Shown here: positions 27,335-41,942 of the stretch, in pieces
Layout of the letters: each line of letters begins with the position of its first letter
Position numbering within the stretch: the first letter of the stretch is position 1
Origin: Tubiluchus corallicola
Taxonomy: Eukaryota > Animalia > Priapulida
DNA length: 64,000 nt
NCBI GenBank assembly: GCA_030141605.1
Contig: JAQGDQ010000273.1
Location: 1 to 64,000 of the forward strand
Reading direction: 5' to 3'
Program-made: the position numbers and the translations under genes
Notes under the pieces: generated by a model
Told to the model about the DNA's origin: nothing
The model's input: the letters and a program-made list of their open reading frames with translations, nothing else
Database searches by the model: none

Positions 27335-27667
27335 TTACTATTACTATTACTATTACTATTACTATTACTATTACTATTACTATTACTATTACTATTACTA
27401 TTACTATTACTATTACTATTACTATTACTATTACTATTACTATTACTATTACTATTACCTTTACCTTTACCATTACCATTACCATCACCATCACCATCAC
27501 CATCACCATCACCATCACCATCACCATCACCATCACTATCACCATCACACCATCACCATCTCTATTACTGTTACTGTTACTATGACTATTACTATCACTA
27601 TCACTATCACTATCACTATCACTATCACTATCACTATCACTATCACTATCACTATCACTATCACTAG
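27335..27667. repeat. Compound hexanucleotide (TACTAT/CACCAT/CACTAT)n
   Basis: Direct inspection. Confidence 0.97.
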
Positions 27668-28439
27668 AGTTTGCGTTAGCAGTAACGCTGTATAAAACTT
27701 GTAAATTTAAACTCTCACAATGACAGTTAGATGCAGCCATTTTGATCATAAGTCATTTGAAACAAGTTTAGATAACGTTGCGTGAAGTTTGAAAACAATA
27801 ATCAGAGCACCCTGGGATGGCGACGCGTCCGTTTGACTAGGTGGCGCGAATATTTTAATTACAAGAATTTCCTTCTCCAATTACACAAGTCTTTCAAACA
27901 ACTAAGGTAATGCTACATAATACAGCTTTGTATGGAAAGTTTTTTTGAGATTTACTTTAAAATTTCCCTTTCTTCCCTCTTCAAAGCCTCCGAGGGGTAT
28001 TACTCTTGTTTCTATGGCGTCTGATTACAAACAAACAGTTTGGTTTCCATGGCGATTCTGACGTCACGCTCAATAACGAGCCAGCTAGGGTTTCAATAGG
28101 CATGACAGACTTAAGACTCGTCTGCAAAAAGAAGTAAAACGCATAAGGTAGTGAGATAAACGGATTATGCTTCACTCACTGCCTTTGTTTTGCTTTTTGT
28201 AAATGTCAGCGTCCATTTGTGTCAGTTGGGAAAGATAAAGGCTTCTAATGCATTAGTAAGCAGCAAGTGTAACTGACGAGATTTCAGCTGTCAGCAAAGA
28301 TTTCCCATATTTCTCCTTCTGCGACATGAGAGCCTGCAAGAACGTTTTTAGTAAAAGCATCAGAACGGCACAATTTTCGAATTTTCAGCTACTAACGTAT
28401 TTAATACACTACGCCTACGTCGGGATTGCTTATAGGCTG

Positions 28440-28680
28440 GTATAGGATATAGTATAGTGTAGTGTAGTGTAGTGTAGTGTAGTGTAGTGTAGTGTAGTGT
28501 AGCGTAGCGTAGCGTAGCGTAGCGTAGCGTAGCGTAGCGTAGCGTAGCGTAGCGTAGTGTAGTGTAGTGTAGTGTAGTGTAGTGTAGTGTAGTGTAGTGT
28601 AGTGTAGTGTAGTATAGGATATAGTGTAGTGTAGTGTAGTGTAGTGTAGTGTAGTGTAGTGTAGTGTAGTGTAGTGTAGC
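28440..28680. repeat. (TAGTG/TAGCG)n microsatellite
   Basis: Direct inspection. Confidence 0.97.
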
Positions 28681-29344
28681 CTAGAGCCCCTCAAGCTTGG
28701 TACATTTGGTAAAAAAATCTGTTTTTTCACCACGGTTGGGGTGAAATATGTGCTAGCTTGGTTTGCAACGAATATTAAAATAGTGGTATTTCTTAAAGTA
28801 CATTTTATTGACAAACAGAACGTAGTTATTCTAGTTTGTTTAAAGAATTTGCAGTAAGTTTACATCAAGCTATGTAAAAACTTACTGCAAAGTATGTATC
28901 ACGAGTAAAACGTATTCAAGACGGTTGCGGGTGAGTTAGAGGGTGGCTCCGTCTGGTGGAGCTCTATAATAACATAAGCCTGGGGACCCAAAAAGGTCAT
29001 GTCTGTCTACGCCAATGACTGCCTAGACCACGACCACGTTTTATATGTCTTCCACCTGCAGCATCGGGTCGTTCAAAAACGCGAGAAGTTAAAGCACCGT
29101 GTGAAGAAAATGCATACGTTACCTTCCAATTTGAAAGGATATGTCATATTCAAACAAAAGAGGGAACGGAGCGCAGCCTTGGCGCACGCCAGACGATTTC
29201 GTAATTGTTGGAATTTCTTTACAAATTCTTTAACGAAATTTTGTTGTCATTCTCTGTCATTGACCACTCAACAAACACTAATAAGAAATCAGCAAAAAAT
29301 TGCAGGAACTGGATTAGGAAATAGATTCTCCCTCCAGCAATTAA

Positions 29345-29881
29345 AGGAAAAGACAAGTCTTCCGGGAAGTTACCCTTTTTCAACATTAGCAAAAGATGTT
29401 AGACGGATTTGATAATAAAAAAGCGCCTCGTGTAATTCGTAAAATAACTTTAAATCCGCAACAATTTCACGCTTGGGTGCACTTATTTTGAACGGCATTT
29501 TTCCACCAATGACGTCGTTCGTAGGCTGAAGATAATCACCGCAGTGCCAATTTGTGTCAAAGGTATAAGAAGTTTTTATAAAAAATTACAAAAATTACAA
29601 AAAAATGGTACGGTAACTTTGTGATATTTTTGCTTGAATACTAGGTGAATGCTAGAATTATTTTAACTTAAGTTAGTTACCAAAGTAACGAAGTTACGAA
29701 AAGTTACAAAGTCCACCAGTTACGTCATAATTTTGAAGTAAATGGACTGAAACATTTCAATACTAGTATAAATGAACTTCATACTTCACATACAGTTTTT
29801 TACAAATTTATTTTTTATTTTTTTGAGTTTAGAGTGTAAGAGTAAAATAAACTCTACATACTGTGTGACTTGTCCTTTCTT
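29345..29881 (-). mobile_element. Family C non-autonomous DNA transposon (Kolobok-like), full length
   Basis: TTAA|AGGAAAAGACAAGTC...GACTTGTCCTTTCTT|TTAA; shared core CCACCAGTTACGTCATAATT. Confidence 0.82.
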
Positions 29882-31769
29882 TTAAGTAGCAGGATATTCA
29901 TAACTTTTTGTACCTGTATAATAAACTTATGGACAATGCTACACAAAATCTATTCTAAACAGCAACGGTTATATACTTTCTATTTTTTCACGTCAAGGCG
30001 TCTCGGACTGAACATAACGTAATATTCAAACATGCGAGGGACGACGATGGAGCCTTGACGCACGCCAAATTAGAGTAACCCACTCATAGTTCTGGAAAGT
30101 ATGTATAATACATGCTTTCATCTATTATTGACTATTGTTCTGCATCTGGACTAGCCACGCTGTTATAAAAGCAGGCGTTGATGACATCATGATCTAATGG
30201 ATCAATGAATCATTCAAAACCACAGATATGTACGTCATGCTATACATTATAGTACATGAGAGATACGCTGCTATGCAGAAATTAATAAAATATGCACTTC
30301 TAAACGTAGGCTACCTATACAGCTAAGAAACTACTGTTTACAAATATGCTAGAAATAGCTACATAAGTAATAGTAATTTTAACCAGCAATTATTGATATT
30401 AATTATACTTTAATTATCTTACTATTGTGTAAATTCTATTACAACTTCTGACAAAATTGTTTACAATATCACTCACTGATAGGACAAAAAGCAACCAAAG
30501 TCTCAAGCTGTAATTAAACTCAAATGTCATCAGCAACACACACAAACAGCAAAAAGAGACAAACAATGGCAAATCACACAATCTACAACGGCACAAACGT
30601 ACCAAATTTGCCACTAAGGAATACAGTCATCAGGTACCGGAAAAGATTCAGATTTCGCATCCTAGTCACTATCTTCAAACTCTCCCTGCGGGGACCCAGT
30701 CACATTGACTGCCCAACCTTTGATGTTAAAGTGATAACTACAGACATTACACATAATACAAAGCACACACAGAACATCAACGTAAACCAACTGCAACAAT
30801 GACAAAAAAGAGAAGGGGCTCCTACCGCAAAGCCACAAAGGGCTAGACAAATTTCTCATCAGCAAAATCACATCAAGGCAGCAGCCATTTGCTTAACTGA
30901 ATACCAGCCGAACTAAAAAAAAAGAAATCCTCTTCACAAGACTGAAGAAGACTCAGTTAGTAATTGAGAGGAAAACAATTTCCTCGCAAGAAATTCCACA
31001 CATAAGAACCCGGGGGAAAACAGGATGTACAGACATCTAATGTTGCCCAAAAGGAATACCAAAACGTGCACCAAAGCCAAACTGTTAATACCATCAAAAT
31101 TCTCGCGTAAATTGATGCGCATTTTAATAATGCATTTTAATTGCACATTACGCAGCATGGCGGGCGCCTGTTCAAAACGAAGCCAGCGTCACGCAGCGGC
31201 CGAGTCGCTTGTCAGCGTGTCAAGAATGCCTTCTACTCTCCCAGCTATATAATAACCTAGCGTAGATTAATATGATTATATCACGCATTGTAAAACCATA
31301 TAAACCGTCCAGCGTGTCATTACAGTAATTATAATAATACATGTACAGCACGTGAAGCCAAGTGCTTACGCTAAACTATGTAGAGAAGCCACAGCTATTT
31401 CGCACAGGTCATGGTGCATGGTAATCCCTGAGCGTGTGGTAGGAGTGAAGCTTTTTACAGAGAAACTCGAGGAGCCTCTGAAATACCGCGGAAGTAGTCT
31501 ACTGTTAATTTTAGAACGGAAGGTATCTCTGTTACTCTCTTTCTTTCTCTCCCTCTCTCTCTCTCACGGCCTCTTTCTTGTGAAGCCGGAGAGATGTACA
31601 GTCGTAAACAAGCTGCAACAAACTGGAGATATTTTATTATTGTTGAAGATACAGTCTCACGTCTCTCCCTTTGTGTATCTGTCTGCCTGTCTGTCCGTCC
31701 GTCTGTTCTTGCGTCTGTCTGCCTCTTACTTTTCTCTCTTGCTAACTACATTTTGTTTGCTGTTCCGCT

Positions 31770-31941
31770 TGCGTTCTTTCTTATCCTTTTGCTTTCCTTC
31801 TTTGTTCTCCTGTTCTTCCTTTCTTTCTCTCTTTATCTTTTTCCTTGTTTTCCTTCTCCTTCTCTCTCACTCTCTTTCTCTTTCTCCTCCTCCTCCTCCA
31901 ATCTCCAATCTCCTCGCTCTCCAATCTGACTTTCACACTCT

Positions 31942-32026
<85 letters not shown>

Positions 32027-32175
32027 GTCTCACTCTCTCTCTCTCTCCTCCTCCTCTCTCTCCAATCTCACTCTCACACTCTTTCTCTTTCTCTCTCTCT
32101 CTCTCTCTCTCGCCTTTTTTCTCTCACACATTTACTCTCTCCTCCTCTCCCTCTCTATCTCACTCTCCTCTCTAC
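31770..32175. repeat. Degenerate (TC)n tract
   Basis: Direct inspection. Confidence 0.9.
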
Positions 32176-32489
32176 GTTACTGTACCGTTCCGGACAAACT
32201 CGTTGATGTAGTTAATTACCTGATGCTGCTGATAGTAATCAATTGATAAACCTATTGCACTCTCTCGCACAGTAGCTAATTATGTTTGCTGGGCGGTAAT
32301 GTTGTTTGCAGGTAATGTCAGCTGATGCAGAGACTTAACCCTCCAGGACCAATGTAGCCACGTGACCTAATGCAGCAAAATCAGAATAGATTAGTCTTGT
32401 GAAAATTTCGAATTAAGCCGATTTCGAGAATTACGATGTTGACAGCCATCTTGGAAGCCATGCTAAGGCTTAATTTCTACGCTCTAATA

Positions 32490-33882
<1,393 letters not shown>

Positions 33883-34419
33883 TCAAAAAACGTTCGCAAA
33901 ATAAAAGAAAACGTTATTTTCAAAGCTACATTTCAGTATATAATCTACATCATGCTGTCACGGTGAGAAACCATTACCGGCTTCATCACCAGTTACATAG
34001 ATTTAACCCTTGCGTTACCTGCCGTACACACGTCAATACATCTGTCATCATTACAATGTCGTGCTGCAATAAAAGTTATTTTGCCGTAATTAGTCATTAC
34101 CCAGAATGCACTGCGACTATGTTCAATGACTGTGTTATGTTGGTTGACTTCTGTAGAAAATGAAAAACAAAGTCTGTACGCATGCGTTAACTGCACAGAA
34201 ATTTTGCCAGCAAAACATTATCAGAGTGAGGGCATAATTTTTCGGCAGTAAGGTTTTATTGAGACCTAATAATTACCTACTTACTGATTGATTTACTGGC
34301 TCATTTTTGAACGCTTTTAGCGACTGACTAACTGACTGACCAACGTACTAAAGGAGCAAAGGAAAAAAGAAATGAGCAAAATCTATAAATGATTGGATAT
34401 ATGCGTGTACGAATGGGTG

Positions 34420-35100
34420 TATGAATGAATGAATGGATGGATGAATGAATGAATGAATGAATGAATGAATGAATGAATGAATGAATGAATGAATGAATGA
34501 ATGAATGAATGAATGAATGAATGAATGGGTGAATGAATGAATGAAAGAATGAATGCGTGAATAAAGGAAAGAATGTATGAATGAATGAATTAATAAATGA
34601 ACAAATGAATAAATGAATAAAGAAATGAATGAATGAATGAGCAAATAAACGACTAAAAATGAACGAATGAATGCTTGAATAAGTGAATGACAAAATGAAT
34701 TAATGAATGAATGAGTAAATAAATTAATAAATGAGTGAGTGAGTGAGTGAGTGAGTGAGTGAGTGAGTGAGTGAGTGAGTGAGTGAGTGAGTGAGTGAGG
34801 GAGGGAGGGAGGGAGTGAATGAATGAATGAATGAGAGAACAAATGAGCGGATGAATTGATGAATGAGTGAGAGAACAAGTAAATGAATCAACGAATTAAC
34901 AAATGAATGAACGAATGAAAAATGAATGAATGAATGGTAAACAAATGCAATAAACAAGCTAGCAAAAGAAGGAACAGGCAAGGCGGTAACGAACAGACAA
35001 ACAAACAAACAAACACAAACATACCAGCAAGAAGACATACATACACACATACAAGCAAATGCCCAAACAACCAAACAAACAAACATACAAAACAATACAC
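34420..35100. repeat. (GAAT/GAGT/AAAC)n tetranucleotide tract
   Basis: Direct inspection. Confidence 0.93.
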
Positions 35101-35449
35101 AGCCAACCTACGAGCGAAGCCATTTAAACGCATTTATTACAGACAGCAATGCATCTTGGGACGGCTTGTTTGTAAGCTTCATCAGGTTTGTTTGGTAGCA
35201 GCTGTGCAGAAATTGGATCCTGAGCATTTTCTACTGTACAGAAGCGCTCATCATCATATCTTCATTTGTTTATGATTAGTCAGAACTCTTGTTTGCCTGC
35301 TGCTTCGTTTATACAACTAGACACACACGCACAGATCAATTCAAAATTTTCAGTCTTTGTATAGATGCAGACGCAAGATTCTCAAAACGTCCCCCCCCCC
35401 TTTGTTTGGGAAAAGAGAAAAGGGAAATTAGAAGTCGGTAGTTAACCAC

Positions 35450-35665
35450 GACAACATGGTCGTTTCGTATCTGGGAGCGCCATGTTTCTAACCTTTTTAG
35501 TTTAGGAAATGGTGTGCACCAGGGTGGTGTTCTTTCTGCCTCGTTCTTTAATTTTTATTTCTCGATCTTTGCACACAATTATGTCAAGTTGGTGTTGGTT
35601 GTAAAATAAACTGTATTATTGTAAATCATCTAATGTATGCCGACCATGTGTGTTCATTAGCTAAT
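35450..35665 (+). mobile_element. Non-LTR reverse transcriptase fragment
   Basis: GNGVHQGGVLSASFFNFY...GVGCKINCIIVNHLMYADH: QG and YADD-like motifs, frameshifted. Confidence 0.8.
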
Positions 35666-35739
35666 GTAGTTATTTCTCTGAAAATATTAACTGATGCTTA
35701 TAAAAAATTTTACAGATGCTATTGTTAACAATAAAAAAC

Positions 35740-36152
35740 AATTACTATTATTAAAATTACTGTTCTTATTATTGTTGTTGTCGTCAGCATCGTTGCTGCT
35801 GCTGTTGTTGTTGTTCTTGTTGTTGTTGTTGTCGTCGTCATTATTGTTATTGTTATTGTTATTGTTATTGTTATTGTTATTGTTATTGTTATTGTTATTG
35901 TTATTGTTATTGTTATTGTTATTGTTATTGTTATTGTTATTGTTATTGCTATTGCTATTGCTATTGCTATTGCTATTGCTATTGCTATTGCTATTGCTAT
36001 TGCTATTGCTATTGCTATTGCTATTGCTATTGCTATTGCTATTGCTATTGCTATTGCTATTGCTATTGCTATTGCTATTGCTATTGCTATTGCTATTGTT
36101 ATTGCTATTGCTATTGTTATTGTTATTGTTATTGCTATTGTCATCATCATTC
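35740..36152. repeat. (TTATTG/CTATTG)n microsatellite
   Basis: Direct inspection. Confidence 0.95.
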
Positions 36153-37018
36153 ATATAATGCATGTGATTATTTTAGGTCTATTTCTTGTTAAAATAATAA
36201 AGTAGCAAACCAAGAAAGACTTTTCCATTGTTTCAATGTACATATTCTATTTTTAACTATAAATATTTTTTAAGTAGTAAACACGTAATTTTGCATATTT
36301 ATTTTCTCCACTTAGTTTTTACCTACCCTTGTTAAAGTTTGTTAAATTAAACTTCATTTCTCAATGCGTGTATGTTATTACATTTTTAGTTTCTTTAAAT
36401 TTGTTAAACTATTTTTGTATCCTAACAAATCAATTGGTAATTGGTCATTCTGCGTAAATGTATAGTCTAGTAAATTTTATAATAATCGTCGTCGTCGTCG
36501 TCATCATCATCATCATTGTTGTTGTCATTTCATTTATATCACACTTCCATAGAATTATGTAAAAATAAAACACTGGTAAAAGAACACAGATTTAGTATAA
36601 TATAAAAGTCTTATTAATTTAATTTGCAAAAAATTTTAATGGTGACAATAATTTCCTTGGATACAGTCAGTTGTAACTGTTGTAACTGTGTAGATGATAG
36701 TTGCAGTAGATACACACTACACAGCTGTATTTAGTCAGATCCAATCTAGTTAAATCTAATCTAAAATGTAACCTAGCCTAACCTATTTTTTTCAGAGAAA
36801 TCAAGAATTTATGGCTAGGGTATCGTTTTAGTCTATTATCAGGCTTGTTGAGCAGCTAACGGGAATACTCGTGAATTAACTGGTTTAACTGCTTTGCACT
36901 GGGCTTCCTTTGAACAATATACCTACGTCAGTTATATAAGCTAAAGCATTCCCTCTGCCCTATAACCAAAACTTTTAAGATGCCATAAACCCACACTTAA
37001 TCAATCACTGGAAAACAC

Positions 37019-37090
37019 AACAGTAGCTAAGTGGTTATGACCACAGCCTTGTGAACAGAAGTTCCCGTGTTCAACTCCAGGCTGAGTTCC
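37019..37090 (+). other. tRNA-derived SINE head or tRNA pseudogene (His-like anticodon loop)
   Basis: A-box TAGCTAAGTGG, loop CTTGTGAA, B-box GTTCAACTCC; acceptor stem does not pair well. Confidence 0.5.
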
Positions 37091-37459
37091 AACATTTCAC
37101 ATTTCCAGTCTTTGGAGTTTGATATTAAAACGTGATTAATTGCGAGTTTGCGACGTCACAAATGATAATCTTGGCATTAAGGTTAAAATAATTGATCCAA
37201 AACTTTTTATTTGAACTACGGAGAATCAACGGTTGTTAATTGGCTTCTTCAGCTGCTAACATCAATAATCAAAACGATGATTCTTAGCTGGCTTCTCTTG
37301 TGTAACATCAGTACCAACAAAGCTAATATCGGGAAAGAATTAAATTCTCATAAACGTTGGGTTCCGTTTGGACAATATAATACTATTAAAGGACAAGAAA
37401 ACCCTTTACTTGCGTAAAGAAAAGAGAATTCATCTTGAAAATGTTGTGTTGCTTTTTTA

Positions 37460-37880
37460 TTTTATTGCATACAGAGCTTGTATTGGCAGTAACGCTGTAT
37501 AAAACTTGCAAATTTAAACTCCTACGATAAGCATTAAGCGCAGCCATATTAGTGGTAAACCGTTTTTGAAATAAGCTTAGATAACATTAAAGTCTGAAAA
37601 AATAATCAAAGCATTCGTGGCACGCTCTTCACTAACTAAGCAAATGTTTGAATTTCTTCATATTGTCTATTAGATCAATAGTGTGTTATTGGTGAACCAG
37701 TGGTGCACACTGGGAAGGCAAGTTAGTGACATTTTGCCAGGGGGCGCAAACATTTTAAATTACTGAGATTTTTTTTGGTTACATAAATCTTTCAAACAGG
37801 TAAGCATACTGCAAAGTAATATTACTTTGCATAGAAAATTTTTGGGAGGCACTTTAAAGTTATCTTTTTTCTCCTTTAGG
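37460..37880 (+). mobile_element. Family D interspersed repeat (unclassified)
   Basis: TTATTGCATACAGAGCTTGTATT...CAGTAACGCTGTATAAAACTTG; further copies at ~27665-27980, 40500-41000, 46815-47200 (-), 57400-58295 (-). Confidence 0.7.
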
Positions 37881-37964
37881 TAATTAACAACGTGAAAAGA
37901 CTGAAACGCTCAAGAATTCAGATTTGTAGTGGCTTATTTTAAACAATACACAATGATCATCAAC

Positions 37965-38130
37965 TACGCATGAACATCAGATAAGCATGAACATGAACAA
38001 AGCATGAACATCAGCTAAGCATTAACATGAACAAAGCATGAACATCAGCTAAGCATGAACATGAACTAAGCATGAACATCAGCTAATCATTAACATCAAT
38101 TAAGCATGAACATCAACTAAGCTTGAACAT
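37965..38130. repeat. Short minisatellite (AAGCATGAACATCAGCT-like)
   Basis: Direct inspection. Confidence 0.8.
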
Positions 38131-38409
38131 TGCCCAATAACACGATATAATAGAAAAACTCAACACCACTACTGAGCTATTAAGACCAGGGAAGGAAATA
38201 AACTAATAACACAAGAATTGAAATTCTCATCAACACTGATTCGTAGTGGCTTCTTTTTATCAACATATTATGAAAGCATGAACATAGGTTAATAACATGT
38301 AATAGTAAAAAACTAGACTTCTTTTGAGCTGTTGAGGGAAAGAAATAAACTAGTAACACGAAAAAAACTGAAATTATCGTGAACACTTGTTTGTAGTGGC
38401 TTCATCATA

Positions 38410-38930
38410 CCATGAAGGCATGAGCATCCTCTAATCAAATGAAAGAAATGAAAAACTCAAGAAAACTTTGGCTCCTCTTATGAATTATTAAGACGACCAA
38501 ATCAGCTAACAATGCCAAAACTGAAATTCTCATGTATAGTGATTTATAATGGGTTTCTATTTCAGCAATATACTATGAAGCCACGAACAACAACTACTCA
38601 AATGAAAGAAATGAAAAACTCAAGAAAACCTTGGCTTCTTTTGAATTATTAAGACGACAAAATCAGCTAACAATGCGAAACTGAAATTCTCATGTATAGT
38701 GATTTATAATGGGTTTCTATTTTAGCAATATACCATGAAGCCATGAGCAACAACTACTCAAATGAAAGAAATGAAAAACTCAAGAAAACTTTGGCTTCTT
38801 TTGAATTATTAAGACGACAAAATCAGCTAACAATACGAAACTGAAATTCTCATGTATAGTGATTTATAATGGGTTTCTATTTTAGCAATATACTATGAAG
38901 CCATGAACAAGAACTAATCAAATGAGGAAG
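38410..38930. repeat. Tandem repeat, ~160-bp unit x3, next to the SK exon-1 donor
   Basis: CAAATGAAAGAAATGAAAAACTCAAG at 38436, 38599 and 38759; partial at 38919. Confidence 0.9.
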
Positions 38931-38948
38931 GAAAATCGATGCTCTTAC

Positions 38949-39965
38949 CTTTTCGTAGATTTTCGCTGCTGATAACTCGTTCTCTATGATCATGAGCACA
39001 ATTCCAAACATTCCTATAACTAACGCGTAGTCACTGATCTTTCTCCTCTTTTCAAACAAAATTTTCCGGCGTCCCAGTCGATAGCCCACGTTCGACTTGG
39101 GATCCTTTCTCTTTCCGCCGCCGGCTTTCTCGTCCGTGTAGTTCGGATAGTCCGTATTGACGCCGACCAGGGCTATTCCTGGATCCTCCGTAACACTTCC
39201 CTTCATAGATGCAGGGATGGAGAGGGTGGAATCGGGTTTTTGCAGAACTTTAAAGGCCCTGATCGCTCCATTAACTCGCATAGAGCTCGTGGCAATGTCC
39301 GCAATTTCGCTCTCTCGCTTTCTCACGGGTAGGAAGTGACGCACGGGAGCCGGAGACGCCTGCCCGGCGAAGGAGGACAATTGTGACCCTATGCTCGCGG
39401 CGCGTCTCCAGCCGGGCCGATGCAGACGGCATTCTTCCTCTTCATCGGTGGTCTCTTCGCGTATAGAACTGATCGACTCGTTCGATTCGCTGTTGCGAAT
39501 GCCGCTGGAACGCTTACGCGCAGGCGCGAGCAGACTAGTACTTTTCACCAACACGGGTGGCACCACCGCCTCGCTGGTTTGCTGAAACCTGACGTCACCA
39601 GGTCCTGCTGCTGCGGTGGCAGCACCTGCCTGAGTTGGTTCGCGAAAGTTTGGCATGGGATCTGACAGGCAAGGATTGTTTGCGTCTTCCAGCGAGATTG
39701 GATCGATAGGCGGCGCTGGATTCACCCGTGCACTGTGTTTTGCAATTTTGCTCTGCCCTGGTGCTGTTCTGGACTGTGGTGCTTGAGCACCTTTAGACGG
39801 CGTCCCCGAGGCACCCTTGGATGGTGCCGCCACGGTCTTGGAAGGTCCTGGCCTTTCGCTGTCGCTCATGCTTGAGGTTGACACGTGTATTAAGTTTTCT
39901 GTGGAATCGTTTCGTGAACATTCGGCAGCCGGCGCCACTAGCACCACTGACATTCTAATTGACAT
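38949..39965 (-). CDS. SK: SK (KCNN) small-conductance Ca2+-activated K+ channel, first coding exon (N-terminus + S1)
   Basis: Translation ends ...[50 protein letters not shown], the SK pre-S1/S1 signature. In-frame TGA 16 codons upstream of ATG 39965; donor AAG|GTAAGA at 38949/38948; 1017 nt, phase 0. The ORF-track tail VRASIF... is intron read-through. Confidence 0.96.
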
Positions 39966-40560
39966 CTTCCTGGGCTGCCATTGTCTCGCCTGTTTCCTTC
40001 CAGAGTTTCCTCAACTTTAGAAAAACGGAACTTGGGGTGGCTTCGGTTAGAATCTAACAGAAAAGAAGCCAATTGAGTCACAAAGTTAGCAAGTAGCTGA
40101 TAAGAGTGCCTAATAGGAGGCAACAAACTTTCTTATGTATTTCAAAAGTATCTTAAACTTTTGAGTATTTTAATTATTCTTTATTTCACCTCGTAAACAT
40201 AATCTTAAGCAATAAAAATACAATAATTACTAAAAATGCTAATTATAAAACATAAACAAACAATTAACGCGAAAATAAGAAAATAAATTAGTTAAAATAT
40301 TTTCAAAGGTGTCATATGTTAAAAATTCATTAAAATTAATTGGGTTGTTAAATTACTGCATTTTGATTGATTATTGGTGTATTTTAGCGGATAAACAACT
40401 CTTTGAACTTCACACTCTATTTGTCACTTTTAAAATTCACGGTGTGTTTTCATTTATTTTATTGTAAATAGATGTGCACAGTTTTGAAAATTTGTACCAC
40501 TTACATGCTGCCTTATTGCATACAGAGCTTGTATTAACAGTAACGCTGTGTAAAATTTTT

Positions 40561-40708
40561 ACAGGTTTAAAAGGTTTACAGTTCCCCTCACACAAAAAAT
40601 TAGTTAGCGAAGCGGATTAGAGATAGTTTTAGTATTAGGGTTAAGGTTAGGAGTGAGTTAGGTTAGAGTCGGTATTTAAATTGTGTGGGGAATTGTAAAG
40701 TACTTCCG
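40561..40708. mobile_element. Small inverted-repeat element with (TTAGGG)-like core, inserted in family D
   Basis: TTTACAGTTCCCCTCACACAA...TTGTGTGGGGAATTGTAAA; related inverted copy at ~45885-46100; flanked by AAAATTT on both sides. Confidence 0.6.
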
Positions 40709-41019
40709 AAAATTTAAACTCCAGCGATGGCCGTTAGGCGCAGCAATTTTAATATATATATATATAATCTTTATTTGCCATAAAAAACGATATTCATAAC
40801 TATAAAAGCATAAAAGAACATCGCAGCATGAGAATAAAATTCACACAACTGTTAAAGGCAAATGCGTCCAGTGCAAACTAAAAACTACTGTGCCAAAAAT
40901 TTAAAACAAAATATGGTAGGTTGTTTGAAACAAGTTAAGATAACATCGTGTAAAGTTTGAAAAAATAATCTGGCAGCGCGCACGTCACTAACTAAGTAAA
41001 AGCTAGATTACTTTTTATA

Positions 41020-41398
41020 AAGTACGGTGCTACTGTAAGAAATTCAGTTATACTAAAACTAGGCAAGATTTAAGATAAAAATTCAAATTTTAAATTTACC
41101 GCTGTGCTCACGCATGAGCTGCCGAAAGTGTGCAGTTCTTCACAAACTAACACATCTAAACTGAGAGATACAGCAACTGTTTTTTTTTGTGCAACGCTTT
41201 TAGTGCCCGTCGAATTAGCAAATGACGAAATGCAAGTGAGAGCGAAAAAGTAGTAGCGCGAATGTGAAATTGTGTTCGTGTACTAATAATTCTTTCACAC
41301 AAGTCACTTTGGAAAAAAATAGTATGCCTCATTTTAATATTTTAAAGAGTAGACTGTTTTAACCTACAATTTGAGATTGGGTCCAATTTTGCTTTAAT
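41020..41398 (-). mobile_element. Family A copy
   Basis: Shared core; ends GGGTCCAATTTTGCT|TTAA. Confidence 0.78.
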
Positions 41399-41409
41399 AT
41401 TCTTAAAAA

Positions 41410-41942
41410 GGAAAATCAGAATATGAGAAAACTTGCATGGAAAATACAAAGACTATTATGTACTTTTTGGATTTTAAATTTGTCTATCTTTCTATGAATG
41501 CAGCAGAGCAAATAATGTTATGTTTGATAAATTAAATGAAATACTTCTGCCCGAAAACCTTAATATAGCTGCCTTAGGAAATAATGATCTGTTGAAGTTG
41601 TTATTATTTAGAAAAGATGAGTTTAACTATGTTGCTAACTGTGAAATATTCCAATGTATACATGACTTTATATTACGTACTAAACGCTTCCATTAGTTTC
41701 TATCTGATATGAAATGCATCAGTCTTAAATAATCGTACATTAATTACTTTCTAACCGTCATTTTCTACTAATATCTAATGTAATCTTGTAGTAAAACTTG
41801 TCAACTTGTGTAGTTATAGTCTATTCTTACTGTAAATGTTTTTGTAAATAGTGTATAAAGTCTGTTGTGGTGAGGATCCTAAATCATGTTGTTCAAACTG
41901 TCTGATCCAATCCTAAATAAATTATGTTTAAACTAAACTAAA
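41410..41942 (+). mobile_element. LINE (CR1/L2-group-like) 3' end remnant
   Basis: C-terminal ...NCEIFQCIHDFILRTKRFH*, then an AT-rich 3' UTR, AATAAA and an (AAACT)n-like tail. Confidence 0.6.

Noticed and set aside
37019-37090. Functional tRNA-His
   Set aside because: A and B boxes are present but the acceptor and anticodon stems pair poorly; more likely a SINE head or pseudogene.
38877-38948. ORF-track C-terminus [23 protein letters not shown] as the SK protein end
   Set aside because: Read-through past a canonical GTAAGA donor into a tandem repeat.
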